A stretch of DNA of 64,000 nt, from assembly GCA_021648525.1 (NCBI GenBank), contig JAKISP010000001.1:2061-66060 (forward strand), read 5' to 3'. Positions 51,650-61,510 of the stretch are shown piece after piece. The position numbers and the translations under genes were made by a program. This DNA is from Gammaproteobacteria bacterium. GTDB lineage: Bacteria; Pseudomonadota; Gammaproteobacteria; SZUA-140. Every line of letters starts with the position of its first letter. Within the stretch, counting starts at the first letter, position 1. The notes beneath the pieces are model-generated. The model saw only the letters and a list, made by a program, of their open reading frames with translations. It searched no databases and was not told the DNA's origin.

Positions 51650-52315
51650 ATGAGAATACTGCTTGTCGAAGATGATTTACCACTCAGTCGACAGATCAAA
51701 ACAGCCCTGCAAAAAGAAGGTTTTGCGGTAGACCAGGTAGATAACGGTATTGATGCTGAATTCATGGGTACTGAAGAACCTTATGATGCAATCATCCTTG
51801 ACCTTGGTCTACCACAACGACCCGGCATTGAGGTACTCAGAAACTGGCGCACTCAGGGCAACAAGGCACCCGTAATTATTCTGACCGCGCGTGATGCCTG
51901 GCATGAAAAGGTCGATGGTTTTAAAGCGGGAGCGGACGACTATTTAGCCAAGCCTTTTCATATAGAAGAGCTCGTCGCACGCCTCAATGCGCTAATCAAA
52001 CGCAGCCAGACTCAAGACATGGGTACCCTGCAGGTTGCCGGATTGAAACTTGATGAAGCACATCAATGCGTTGAAAATAAAGATGGCGTTCGCTTTGAGC
52101 TCACCGGAACCGAGTTTCGCTTGCTACGCTATATGATGATGCACCCCGGCGTTATCCTTTCCAAAGCCCACCTGACCGAACATGTGTATGAATATGATAC
52201 TGACCGTGACAGCAATGTAATTGAGGTCTATATCAAACGCCTGCGCAATAAAGTTGGCAACGACTTGATTAAAACAAAACGCGGTCAGGGCTATATCCTG
52301 AATAAAACTGGATAA
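51650..52315 (+). CDS. OmpR-family response regulator
   Basis: LLVEDD, ILDLGLP, GADDYLAKPF, SNVIEVYIKRLR, RGQGY. Confidence 0.96.
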   Translation: MRILLVEDDLPLSRQIKTALQKEGFAVDQVDNGIDAEFMGTEEPYDAIILDLGLPQRPGIEVLRNWRTQGNKAPVIILTARDAWHEKVDGFKAGADDYLAKPFHIEELVARLNALIKRSQTQDMGTLQVAGLKLDEAHQCVENKDGVRFELTGTEFRLLRYMMMHPGVILSKAHLTEHVYEYDTDRDSNVIEVYIKRLRNKVGNDLIKTKRGQGYILNKTG

Positions 52316-52323
52316 CCGATGCC

Positions 52324-53661
52324 ATGAGGTCACTGCAATCCCGACTTAGCATCGGACTCACCGTCAGCATCGTGGCGCTACTGTTCATCCAGTGGCTTGC
52401 CGTGTCATTCACCATTCGCCATGTTGCAGAAGACTTCGTTGCTTCTCGCCTGCAACACGATGCTGAAGACCTGCTGCCGACTTTAGCATTTACAGAACAA
52501 GGGATGACGGTTAACGAACACCGTATTAGCAGCGTCTATAATGTGCCATTTTCTGGTCACTACTACCGCATTCAGAACAGCACTCACACACTGCGTTCAC
52601 GATCGTTATGGGATGATGATGTCGAGACGCCATCTATTGCGACTGGAGAAACAAAAGAACTTCATCTCACTGGCCCTTTAGCGCAGTCATTGCTGGTATG
52701 GCAGGGCGGCTATCAAAAGCGCGGTCAACATGTCACGATTTCCGTTGCGGAAGACATTTCCCACATTGAAGAAGACATTACTCAATTTATGCTCAGGTAC
52801 AGTACCGCCACCCTCGTTGCTGTTGTCGCGTTTGTGTTAACACAATTGTTTATTTTACGCCGTAGTTTGCAACCCCTTGAGCTGGTTCGTCGCGAAATCA
52901 CTTTATTAGAAAAGGGAGAGACACATTCACTCAGCGAGGCTGTGCCAACAGAGATTCGCCCACTAGTCAGTGAGTTTAACAAACTATTAACAGTGATGGC
53001 ACAGCGCCTAAGGCGGTCACGAAATGCCACTGGCAACCTGGCACACGCACTTAAAACACCGCTAGCACTGATGGTACAGCTGATTGAACAAGAGTCACTT
53101 GCCGCAACCCCTGAACTTCAGCAGGAATTACGTCAAAGCATCTCACGTATTCAACAGTTAATGGAACGTGAACTCAAACGAGCTCAACTCGCAGGCAAGG
53201 CAACCTCAGGCCAGCAGTTTAAATTTAATGAAGAGCTACCACCACTGGTTGAAACATTACAGCGGATCTATCAGGAAAAAGGCATCATCATCAACAGCAC
53301 AATTACAAATAATATTCAATATGCCGCCGACCGAGAAGACCTGCTCGAACTACTGGGAAACCTGCTAGATAACGCCTGTAAATGGGCAAAACATCAAGTC
53401 ATGCTATCCATTTCAAACGAGTTCAGTGCCAATCATAAGCTTAAAATAACCATTGAAGACGACGGCCCCGGCTGCAGTGACGAAGCGATGTTACAACTCA
53501 CCCAACGCGGCATACGCATTGATGAAAATATAGAAAAAAGCGTGGATGGTCATGGGCTTGGACTTGCCATCGCACATGACATCATTACCACCTATAATGG
53601 CGCGCTAAGGTTCAGGCGATCAACGCTGGGGGGGCTGGCAGTGGAAGTGACGCTGGCCTGA
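52324..53661 (+). CDS. Sensor histidine kinase (PhoQ/BqsS-like)
   Basis: Two TMs; NLAHALKTPL, GNLLDNACKWA, IEDDGPG, GHGLGLAI. Confidence 0.95.
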   Translation: MRSLQSRLSIGLTVSIVALLFIQWLAVSFTIRHVAEDFVASRLQHDAEDLLPTLAFTEQGMTVNEHRISSVYNVPFSGHYYRIQNSTHTLRSRSLWDDDVETPSIATGETKELHLTGPLAQSLLVWQGGYQKRGQHVTISVAEDISHIEEDITQFMLRYSTATLVAVVAFVLTQLFILRRSLQPLELVRREITLLEKGETHSLSEAVPTEIRPLVSEFNKLLTVMAQRLRRSRNATGNLAHALKTPLALMVQLIEQESLAATPELQQELRQSISRIQQLMERELKRAQLAGKATSGQQFKFNEELPPLVETLQRIYQEKGIIINSTITNNIQYAADREDLLELLGNLLDNACKWAKHQVMLSISNEFSANHKLKITIEDDGPGCSDEAMLQLTQRGIRIDENIEKSVDGHGLGLAIAHDIITTYNGALRFRRSTLGGLAVEVTLA

Positions 53662-53676
53662 TGCGGTCTAAGGATG

Positions 53677-53710
53677 CAAACCAGCCTGAGCAAACGCTCA
53701 GGCTGGTTTG
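53677..53710. terminator. Perfect 15-bp hairpin, bidirectional terminator between convergent genes
   Basis: CAAACCAGCCTGAGC-aaac-GCTCAGGCTGGTTTG. Confidence 0.8.
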
Positions 53711-53726
53711 TTATAAACATCAAGAA

Positions 53727-54218
53727 TTAATGGTCGTGATGTTCACCATCTGGCCCATGCGCATGGCCATGCTCAAGCTCTTCTGCACTCGCATCACGAA
53801 TATCGATCACCTTCACATCAAAGTTAAGCGATACACCTGCTAGCGGGTGATTACCATCAACGATGACATCATCACCATCAAGTTCAATCACAGTCACAAT
53901 CATCATCTCACCTTCAGGGCTTTGCGCATGAAACTGCATGCCAACGTTGATCTCTGCATCTTCTTCAAACATATCTTTTGGCACTGTCTGCAGCAGATCA
54001 TTTTCACGCGCGCCGTAACCTTCTTCCGGCGATACGGCAACACTCACCTCATCGCCCGCTACTTTGCCAGCCAGCGCATTTTCAAGCCCTGGCACGATGT
54101 TACGTGCACCATGTAGATAGACAAAGTCACCCTGCCCTTCTGAACTATCAATGAGTGTGCCTTCCTCATTTTTGAGGGTGTAGTCCAATGTTATGACTTT
54201 TTGATCTGCAATTTGCAC
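53727..54218 (-). CDS. slyD: FKBP-type peptidyl-prolyl isomerase SlyD
   Basis: YLHG..NIVPGLE, DGNHPLAG, EELEHGHAH His tail; GTG start after AAGGAG. Confidence 0.95.
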   Translation of the reverse strand: MQIADQKVITLDYTLKNEEGTLIDSSEGQGDFVYLHGARNIVPGLENALAGKVAGDEVSVAVSPEEGYGARENDLLQTVPKDMFEEDAEINVGMQFHAQSPEGEMMIVTVIELDGDDVIVDGNHPLAGVSLNFDVKVIDIRDASAEELEHGHAHGPDGEHHDH

Positions 54219-54572
54219 GTAAAACTCCTTAAAGATATGAAATACAAAATTTTGCGGTGAAAACATCGCTGCACCACTTTATCGCCCAGCATTATAAACG
54301 CAAATACTGATTTTCCATTAAATTTCTATTACTCACGTCGAATAAAGACACAAAAGCACACTGACAACGCTTCAATTAACATAAAAAACTAAATAACAAC
54401 CTGTTTTAATTGATTTTTCTAAAATAACCCTCCTTTTTTACTGGTGGCAACCCTGACTGAACTAAACGTTCCCGACGATCTAATCAGTGAAGCGGCTGCA
54501 ATAGCTGAAAGCACTCGCAACGATGTTTTAGGAAAATAATATAAGACGCATGTAGTCGGTTTTTTCCTCGTT

Positions 54573-54608
54573 AGCCTGACAAGATCCCCCATCTTGCCAG
54601 GCTTTTTT
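54573..54608 (+). terminator. Orphan Rho-independent terminator upstream of nadB (end of a candidate sRNA)
   Basis: AGCCTGACAAGAT-ccccc-ATCTTGCCAGGCT-TTTTT, with no plus-strand CDS upstream. Confidence 0.7.
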
Positions 54609-54719
54609 GTGCTCAATTTCCAGGCACATGGCCGCCATGATAGATTGACGCGACAAAAGTGTATTTAGCCACTTATAATGGATCGTTCATGATAACTGGC
54701 CAACGGGTAATCAACCTCA

Positions 54720-56378
54720 GTGAGCGATGCAGTGAACACAAGCAGAACCCAACAACATGATGTTCTGATCATTGGCAGTGGTGCCGCCGGCATTAGCATG
54801 GCACTGACCCTCGCCGACAGCACCAAAGTGGCATTGATCGCTAAAGAAGCCCTGACCGAAAGTGCCACATTTTATGCGCAGGGCGGTATTTCAGCGGTAC
54901 TTGATAAAACCGATTCACTGGAATCACATACCGCTGACACCCTTAACGCAGGTGCAGGGCTATGCGATGAAGCAGTGGTGCGCCATGTGGTTAAACATGG
55001 CCCACAAAGCATCCAGTGGCTGATTGATCGTGGCGTGAGCTTTACCAAAGATCTGGACAGCAAAGAGAGTGCCGACTATCACCTCACAAAAGAGGGCGGC
55101 CACAGCCACCGGCGCGTGATACATGCCGCTGACGCCACCGGGCGAGAGATGGAAACAACGCTGGCAGAACAGGCGCGAGCACACCCCAACATCGAGATCT
55201 TCGAGCGCCATATCGCAATCGACCTGATTACCGGCAGTAAGCTTGGCTGGCGCGACAACCGCTGCCATGGGGCCTATATTCTTGACCGCGATAACGACGA
55301 GGTGATCGCCTTTTCAGCACGCACCGTGGTACTTGCCACCGGTGGGGCTGGTAAAGCCTACCTCTACACCAGTAATCCCGACGTCGCCTCTGGTGACGGT
55401 ATTGCGATGGCGTGGCGTGCAGGCTGCCGTATCGCCAATATGGAATTTATTCAGTTCCATCCCACCTGCCTGTTTCACCCGGAAGCAAAATCATTTCTGG
55501 TGACCGAAGCCTTACGCGGTGAAGGTGCCAAACTAAGCCTGCCCGATGGCAGCAGCTTTATGGAGCAGTTTGATCAACGTGCCGAACTCGCACCTCGTGA
55601 TATCGTCGCACGCGCGATCGATCACACCATGAAGCGCTCTGGTGTTGAGTATGTACACCTCGACATCAGCCATAAGCCAGAAACATTTATCAAAGAACAC
55701 TTCCCCACCATCTATCAACGCTGCCTTGAATATGGCTACGATATTACTCAGCAGCCGATTCCAGTTGTACCGGCAGCACACTACATCTGTGGCGGCATTA
55801 TGAGCGATATTAATGGCTGCACTGACATCGATGGCCTCTATGCTGTCGGTGAAGCCGCCTATACCGGCATGCATGGGGCTAATCGGATGGCGAGCAACTC
55901 TCTGCTTGAGTGCCTGGTATTTGCAGAATCAGCCAGCCGCCATATCCTCGAACGACTGCAACAGCCCACATCAATACAAGTGGTACCTGTATGGGATGAA
56001 AGTCGCGTAACCGATTCTGACGAAGAGGTTGTGGTCACCCATAACTGGCATGAACTACGCCGTTTTATGTGGGACTACGTGGGCATCGTACGCACCGACA
56101 AACGACTTCAACGCGCCAAAAACAGGGTTGATCTGCTACAACATGAGATCTCTGATTACTACAGTAATTTCCGCGTCAATAGTGACCTGATCGAACTGCG
56201 CAACCTCACCCTCGTTTCAGATTTAATCATCCGCTCAGCCATTCTGCGCAAAGAGAGTCGCGGTCTGCATTACACATTAGACTACCCCAACTGCAGCGAT
56301 GAACAGACGCCACAAAAAACAATCCTCATTCCTGACAATTACCTCAAGGCACGAACTAGTGTCATCGATAAGACCTGA
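54720..56378 (+). CDS. nadB: L-aspartate oxidase
   Basis: [60 protein letters not shown]. Confidence 0.97.
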   Translation: MSDAVNTSRTQQHDVLIIGSGAAGISMALTLADSTKVALIAKEALTESATFYAQGGISAVLDKTDSLESHTADTLNAGAGLCDEAVVRHVVKHGPQSIQWLIDRGVSFTKDLDSKESADYHLTKEGGHSHRRVIHAADATGREMETTLAEQARAHPNIEIFERHIAIDLITGSKLGWRDNRCHGAYILDRDNDEVIAFSARTVVLATGGAGKAYLYTSNPDVASGDGIAMAWRAGCRIANMEFIQFHPTCLFHPEAKSFLVTEALRGEGAKLSLPDGSSFMEQFDQRAELAPRDIVARAIDHTMKRSGVEYVHLDISHKPETFIKEHFPTIYQRCLEYGYDITQQPIPVVPAAHYICGGIMSDINGCTDIDGLYAVGEAAYTGMHGANRMASNSLLECLVFAESASRHILERLQQPTSIQVVPVWDESRVTDSDEEVVVTHNWHELRRFMWDYVGIVRTDKRLQRAKNRVDLLQHEISDYYSNFRVNSDLIELRNLTLVSDLIIRSAILRKESRGLHYTLDYPNCSDEQTPQKTILIPDNYLKARTSVIDKT

Positions 56379-56414
56379 TATACTACTATTTTTGCACCAT
56401 AGCCCGACCGCCTG

Positions 56415-57053
56415 ATGACAAATACAGCCACGCCTAATAGCAGCACCGAGATCACCGTCAACGGCACCCGGCTTTCTGTTTCAGCCAACCATTCGCTGAT
56501 TCAGGCACTGTGGAAAACAGGTCACCCTAATTTTAAAAGTGCCAGTTGCCTTGAAGGTGTCTGCGGCTCATGCCGTATCATGGTGAAGTATGACAACCAG
56601 TCTGCAGTGAATATGGCACTCGCCTGCCAGAGCAAGGTCGAACCTGGAATGCAAGTCATCTTCCCTCAATATCTTGAGAAAGAGTCAACCGCACTATTAA
56701 ACCATCGATACAGGCTACAACTATCCAGCGAGAGTAGCGAGCAACTAAAAACAATTTTTCCAGAGGCTGCCGACTGTCGCCATTGCCATGGCTGCACCGT
56801 TGCGTGCCCAAAAGGGATCGATGTTGAACAAGGGATCACCCTCGCCAACGAAGGGAAACTCGCCGCGGCCGGAGATCTTTTTATCAACTGCGTAATGTGT
56901 GACCTCTGCACCACCAGCTGTCCTGAAAACATCGCACCCAATTATGTTGCGCTGTTTGCACGCCGCACGACTGCCGTTAACCAACCAACGCCAACCAACC
57001 TTGCCAGGCGCTTACAGGCGTTACAACGTGGCGAGCTAAAAATTAAATATTAA
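56415..57053 (+). CDS. Fe-S protein: [2Fe-2S] plus 2x[4Fe-4S] (SdhB/FrdB-like)
   Basis: CLEGVCGSC...LAC; CRHCHGCTVACP; CVMCDLCTTSCP. Confidence 0.88.
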   Translation: MTNTATPNSSTEITVNGTRLSVSANHSLIQALWKTGHPNFKSASCLEGVCGSCRIMVKYDNQSAVNMALACQSKVEPGMQVIFPQYLEKESTALLNHRYRLQLSSESSEQLKTIFPEAADCRHCHGCTVACPKGIDVEQGITLANEGKLAAAGDLFINCVMCDLCTTSCPENIAPNYVALFARRTTAVNQPTPTNLARRLQALQRGELKIKY

Positions 57054-57058
57054 CCGGC

Positions 57059-58648
57059 ATGAATAACGGCACCCCTCTAGAACAGGCACGGCAAGCATAT
57101 CGCATTAACCTCAACCGCCCACTACGACCATCAGCAATAGACAACCAAAAATTGCTGCAGTACTTTCACCCCGACTACGCCGACAATAGCCGCGTGGCGC
57201 TTAAAGTTGGCGTTAACCGTCATGACCCATGCCACCCACAACTGGCAGCACTATTACAGTCAGACTCGCCGACTATTGAAGCGATGCTCGCAACGGCTAC
57301 ACAGATAGAGACCGAGGTGCTGGTGATTGGATCAGGCGGAGCGGGCTGTAGTGCTGCACTGGTTGCGGGGGAGAATGGTGCGAATGTACTAATCGCCACC
57401 AAACTGCGCGTGGGGGATAGCAATACCGTGATGGCGGAAGGTGGCATTCAGGCTTCCATTGAAGCCAACGACACACCGCAGGCCCACTTTGATGAAACCC
57501 TCAAGGCAGGCCATTACTGTAGCGATAAACGTCTGGTGGAACAGATGGTACTTGATGGCCCAGAGGTAATTCAGTGGCTGATTCAACAAGGCATGCAGTT
57601 TGATCGAGACGAACAAGGTAACCTCTGCACACGTCGCGCAGGCGGCACCTCGGCAAACCGAGTGCTCTACTGCCGTGACTACACTGGCCTGGAGATGATG
57701 CGTGTACTACGTGAGAGCGTACGCCAGCACCACAGGATTACAACCTGTGATTACACTCCTGCCGTCGAACTATTATCGAATAAAGAGGGCCACTGTAGTG
57801 GCGCGCTGCTCTATTCAATTGAAACGCAACGATACACGGCCGTCAAAGCAAAGTCTGTCATCCTCGCCAGTGGCGGGCTTGGCCGCATGCACCTCAATGG
57901 ATTTCCGACTTCCAACCATGTTGGCGCAACGGGTGACGGCCTGGTACTCGCCTATCGGCTCGGCGCACAACTACAGGCACTGGACTCATTCCAGTATCAC
58001 CCAACAGGATTGGCCTGGCCACAAACACTGGCCGGTACCTTAATCACCGAAGGAATACGTTCTACCGGGGCACAACTAGTGAACAACAGTGGAGAACGCT
58101 TTATCGATGAACTCGCACCACGTGACGTGGTCTGCGCTGCGATCATGCGTGAATGTGAAGAAGGACGAGGGATACGCCTGGAAAGCGGTCGACAGGGCGT
58201 ATGGCTCGACATACCCACGCTGGAAAAACAGCAGCCAGGCATCCTGGCACAACAGTTCCCAAAATTCATGGCACTGTGCAATAAAGCAGACATCAATCCT
58301 TACCAGTCACCCTTGCTGATCTGCCCAACATTACATTACCAGAATGGCGGTGTGGTGATTAATCAAGCATGCGAAACAACGATCCCCGGGCTCTATTGTG
58401 CCGGTGAAGTAAGCGGCGGCATTCACGGTAAAAATCGCATCATGGGCAACGCCCTGCTAGAGATTATCAGTTTCGGCAGACGCGCGGGTGCGGCAGCCGT
58501 CGCGCGCCATTCACCAGACAAGAGCCAACTGTTACTCAATCACTTACAGGCATTTCGTCGCGAAATAAAAAACAGCCACGGCGTTAGCGGCATACAGGGA
58601 CCTCTACTATTCCCCCACTACGCCAGCTTCAGCAGGAAAGGGGCATGA
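57059..58648 (+). CDS. SdhA/FrdA-family flavoprotein, probably non-covalent FAD
   Basis: IGSGGAG, SNTVMAEGG, QYHPTG, LITEGIR, PRDVV, LHYQNGG, HGKNRIMGNAL. Confidence 0.88.
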   Translation: MNNGTPLEQARQAYRINLNRPLRPSAIDNQKLLQYFHPDYADNSRVALKVGVNRHDPCHPQLAALLQSDSPTIEAMLATATQIETEVLVIGSGGAGCSAALVAGENGANVLIATKLRVGDSNTVMAEGGIQASIEANDTPQAHFDETLKAGHYCSDKRLVEQMVLDGPEVIQWLIQQGMQFDRDEQGNLCTRRAGGTSANRVLYCRDYTGLEMMRVLRESVRQHHRITTCDYTPAVELLSNKEGHCSGALLYSIETQRYTAVKAKSVILASGGLGRMHLNGFPTSNHVGATGDGLVLAYRLGAQLQALDSFQYHPTGLAWPQTLAGTLITEGIRSTGAQLVNNSGERFIDELAPRDVVCAAIMRECEEGRGIRLESGRQGVWLDIPTLEKQQPGILAQQFPKFMALCNKADINPYQSPLLICPTLHYQNGGVVINQACETTIPGLYCAGEVSGGIHGKNRIMGNALLEIISFGRRAGAAAVARHSPDKSQLLLNHLQAFRREIKNSHGVSGIQGPLLFPHYASFSRKGA

Positions 58649-59904
58649 CAAAGGCACCGTTAAATCAGCTCTTACGCCACCCAGATAACTGCTGTGCGAA
58701 TTTAGATGAATGGCTCAACGGTGTTGGTGGCAAGGCGCTAGCCATCGCACTAAAGGATCCATCAACACTCATCCCAACCATCAAGGCCGCGGGACTGCGT
58801 GGCCTGGGTGGCAGTGGTTTTCCTGCCTATCGAAAATGGCAAATGATAGCAGCGCAACATCAGCACAGTGAACGTTACCTGATATGCAATGGCAATGAAG
58901 ATGAACCCGGCACCTTTAAAGACAGGTTATTGCTGGAGGAGTCACCACATCAGGTCATTGAAGGTGCATTAATCACAGCACTTGCCACCAACATTAATCA
59001 CATCGCTTTCTACATCAATCCTCATTTGAAACGCGCAACCGAAATACTCTCCAATGCCATCGCGCAATGGCAACAGAGTGATTACCTGCAACAAATATCC
59101 GAGACGCTAGTGAAGGAGCTAGTATTAAAGATCATCCCATCACCCGGCCACTACATCGCCGGTGAAGAAACAGCGGCGATTGAAGCCGTCGAAGGCAACT
59201 TTCCCTTTCCACGTGGCAAACCCCCGTATCCGGCTGTGGCAGGAGTGCATGGCAAACCCACACTGATCAATAACATTGAGACCCTTGCCAATGTATCGCA
59301 CATCGTACGTAACGGTGCCGCGTGGTTCCAGGCACTAGGTGAAGGCAGATGTAACGGCACCAAAATCTACTGTATCAGTGGTGATGTCTCTGATAGCGGA
59401 GCGTATGAATTACCCATGGGCATATCGTTGGAGTCGCTTATTTTCCAGCATGCGGGTGGCATCAGCAACAATCGAAAACTTAAGGCCGTCTTTACCGGTG
59501 GGCCATCTAATTCAATCTTAACGGCAGACGCATTATCGCTTACGCTAGATTTTGATTCACTAAAACAACACAATGCATCCCTGGGAACGGGCGCGATGAT
59601 TGTGATTGCAGAAGGTAACCCAATCATTCCACACATTGCCAAATATCTCGATTTTTTTGCGGCAGCATCATGTGGCCAGTGCCCACCCTGCACCAGTGGC
59701 ACTAGAGAAATGGCGCAGCTCACTCGGAAAATTACCATCGGCAACGCTAACAAACATGATCTTGACTCTCTCATCAGCCTCAGTGAACTCTTACCTGGCA
59801 GTGGTCGCTGCCACCTGATTGATGGAGCTGTCACGCTACTCAAAAGTTCTCTCGGACATTTTCCTAAGGAATATCAAGTATTAATAAACAAGCCTTTTTC
59901 ATAA
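58645..59904 (+). CDS. NuoF/HoxF-like NADH-binding FMN/[4Fe-4S] subunit
   Basis: LRGLGGSGFP, NEDEPGTFKDR, YIAGEETA, NNIETLA, SCGQCPPC...C. Confidence 0.9.
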   Translation: MTKAPLNQLLRHPDNCCANLDEWLNGVGGKALAIALKDPSTLIPTIKAAGLRGLGGSGFPAYRKWQMIAAQHQHSERYLICNGNEDEPGTFKDRLLLEESPHQVIEGALITALATNINHIAFYINPHLKRATEILSNAIAQWQQSDYLQQISETLVKELVLKIIPSPGHYIAGEETAAIEAVEGNFPFPRGKPPYPAVAGVHGKPTLINNIETLANVSHIVRNGAAWFQALGEGRCNGTKIYCISGDVSDSGAYELPMGISLESLIFQHAGGISNNRKLKAVFTGGPSNSILTADALSLTLDFDSLKQHNASLGTGAMIVIAEGNPIIPHIAKYLDFFAAASCGQCPPCTSGTREMAQLTRKITIGNANKHDLDSLISLSELLPGSGRCHLIDGAVTLLKSSLGHFPKEYQVLINKPFS

Positions 59905-60099
59905 AGCGCTATTTTTGATCACAGGTACCATGCTGATCAACAGCAAAAGAACAAGCCTGCTCCCGCCTTCCCTATTGTGACTCCCCTCGTTAGAGTTGAC
60001 CAATAAAACCACAATACTTATACTGGTTTGACCTGGTACATTCAATATTCGGCCGATCGAGATTGTTAGTAAACAAGTTTTTGAGGAAAAGCAGTACAG

Positions 60100-60921
60100 A
60101 TGAAAACACTGGAACCAAAAAAAGTGGATACCAAAGACATCCCGCTTTGGTTTAAAGAATCATTTAGCCTGCTCATACGCCGCGCACCTCTCTTCATTAC
60201 CTCGATAGCCGCATTTTTTGTCATCCTCTTTTTTATCATTCAAGCCTTTGCAACCCTCGCTGAACAGACACCACCCCTGATATTACTGCCACTATTTCTG
60301 CTATTTGTCGCATTTTCGATGCATTTCTTTTTCAGCGACCTGCTACTACTAGCCTTCTCATCGGATAACTCTCGTAAGATCAATATCAGCCAGCGCGCGC
60401 ACACGCTGATCTCAGAGCAAAAATCTTTGGTGAAGATGACCCTCATGGCCTTCCTCGTTGGCTCAGCCTTCTGGTTAATCAGCCTGTCAATGAATGTGGA
60501 TAAAGACCTGCTAAGTGCCTGCATCAGCGTTGTTGATCGTTTATTGTTTGAAAAAGAGATGCCACTGTTTTTCATGCTAAAACTACTCGCTACCATGCTC
60601 TATTTCATGTTGTTAGCAATGTTCTTATTACGCACCATTTTCTGCATTCCACTGATGCTATTCCATAAGCTTCCCTATGCAGAGGCGCGAGCGCTCAGTC
60701 ACCGAGCGGTCATCATCAACTTTCATACCATGTGCACTGCACTTATTTTATGGGCAATATTACTATTGGGAACAATGGCAGCTGCCAACATACTTGCGTT
60801 GATACTATTCCCATTACTACCCGTCTTTGTGTTTGTCTGCTATCGCAATATTTTTCTTGGACAAGCAGAAAACACACCAGCAACCATGATCAACGCTGAA
60901 CTAGCGACATCGGGTGGATAA
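60100..60921 (+). CDS. Hypothetical polytopic membrane protein
   Basis: About six hydrophobic helices; GAGG upstream. Confidence 0.75.
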   Translation: MKTLEPKKVDTKDIPLWFKESFSLLIRRAPLFITSIAAFFVILFFIIQAFATLAEQTPPLILLPLFLLFVAFSMHFFFSDLLLLAFSSDNSRKINISQRAHTLISEQKSLVKMTLMAFLVGSAFWLISLSMNVDKDLLSACISVVDRLLFEKEMPLFFMLKLLATMLYFMLLAMFLLRTIFCIPLMLFHKLPYAEARALSHRAVIINFHTMCTALILWAILLLGTMAAANILALILFPLLPVFVFVCYRNIFLGQAENTPATMINAELATSGG

Positions 60922-61108
60922 CACTCAGGTTATCACGGTGTAAATAGTCACTACCTGAAGCAAACAGACTAATACATCAACCACTTTATATTGACTGATC
61001 AGCGACCCTGTGGCATTTCACATCAAGATACAGTTCCCAGGCAAGAGCTGTAACACCAACGTGGAAAAGAGCCAGAATTTCGTCACGAACGATGATTATT
61101 AATGCCCT

Positions 61109-61504
61109 CTAAACCATGTACGAATAAAGAAAGCCAAAAGGCGCTTTGGTCAGCGCGACAGAGACAATAAATAGAAAGACAATCAACGCAGAGAGCCATG
61201 CCACCGAGCGACCGATATGAGTCTTAGCAAGATGCAGCGCCTCTATTCCCAGGCAAATATAAGCGACTAACGCGAATAATTTAACCGTCAGCCAGGCATC
61301 TACAAATGGGTATTGACCAATCGAAATCGTTAAGGCAATAGCCGTGCCCAGTAAAATCGTGTCATTGATATGCGGAACAATCCTGACCCACTTCTGCTGC
61401 ATCATTGCAGAACCGCGCATCACCCACAGGCCGCGAATAAAAAAGAGTGTGAAGCTAATCAGTGCAGAGAAAATATGAATATTTTTTAACATCAGAAACG
61501 CCAC
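61109..61504 (-). CDS. SirB2-family membrane protein
   Basis: LKNIH...LFFIRG...RIVPHINDTILL...WLTVKL..LVAYI.LG. Confidence 0.88.
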   Translation of the reverse strand: MAFLMLKNIHIFSALISFTLFFIRGLWVMRGSAMMQQKWVRIVPHINDTILLGTAIALTISIGQYPFVDAWLTVKLFALVAYICLGIEALHLAKTHIGRSVAWLSALIVFLFIVSVALTKAPFGFLYSYMV

Positions 61505-61510
61505 TAGCCC

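Noticed and set aside
54419..54616. 65-aa minus-strand ORF, and a sigmaE promoter (GAACT...TCTAA) at 54459
   Set aside because: The ORF has no support, and the sigmaE spacing is about 2 nt shorter than consensus, so neither is called
57059..58648. Second L-aspartate oxidase or canonical sdhA
   Set aside because: Lacks the NadB-specific Glu motif and the SdhA covalent-FAD His; no SdhC/D anchors
58645..59904. Complex I nuoF or hydrogenase hoxF
   Set aside because: No other nuo or hox genes adjacent; coupled instead to the flavoprotein gene
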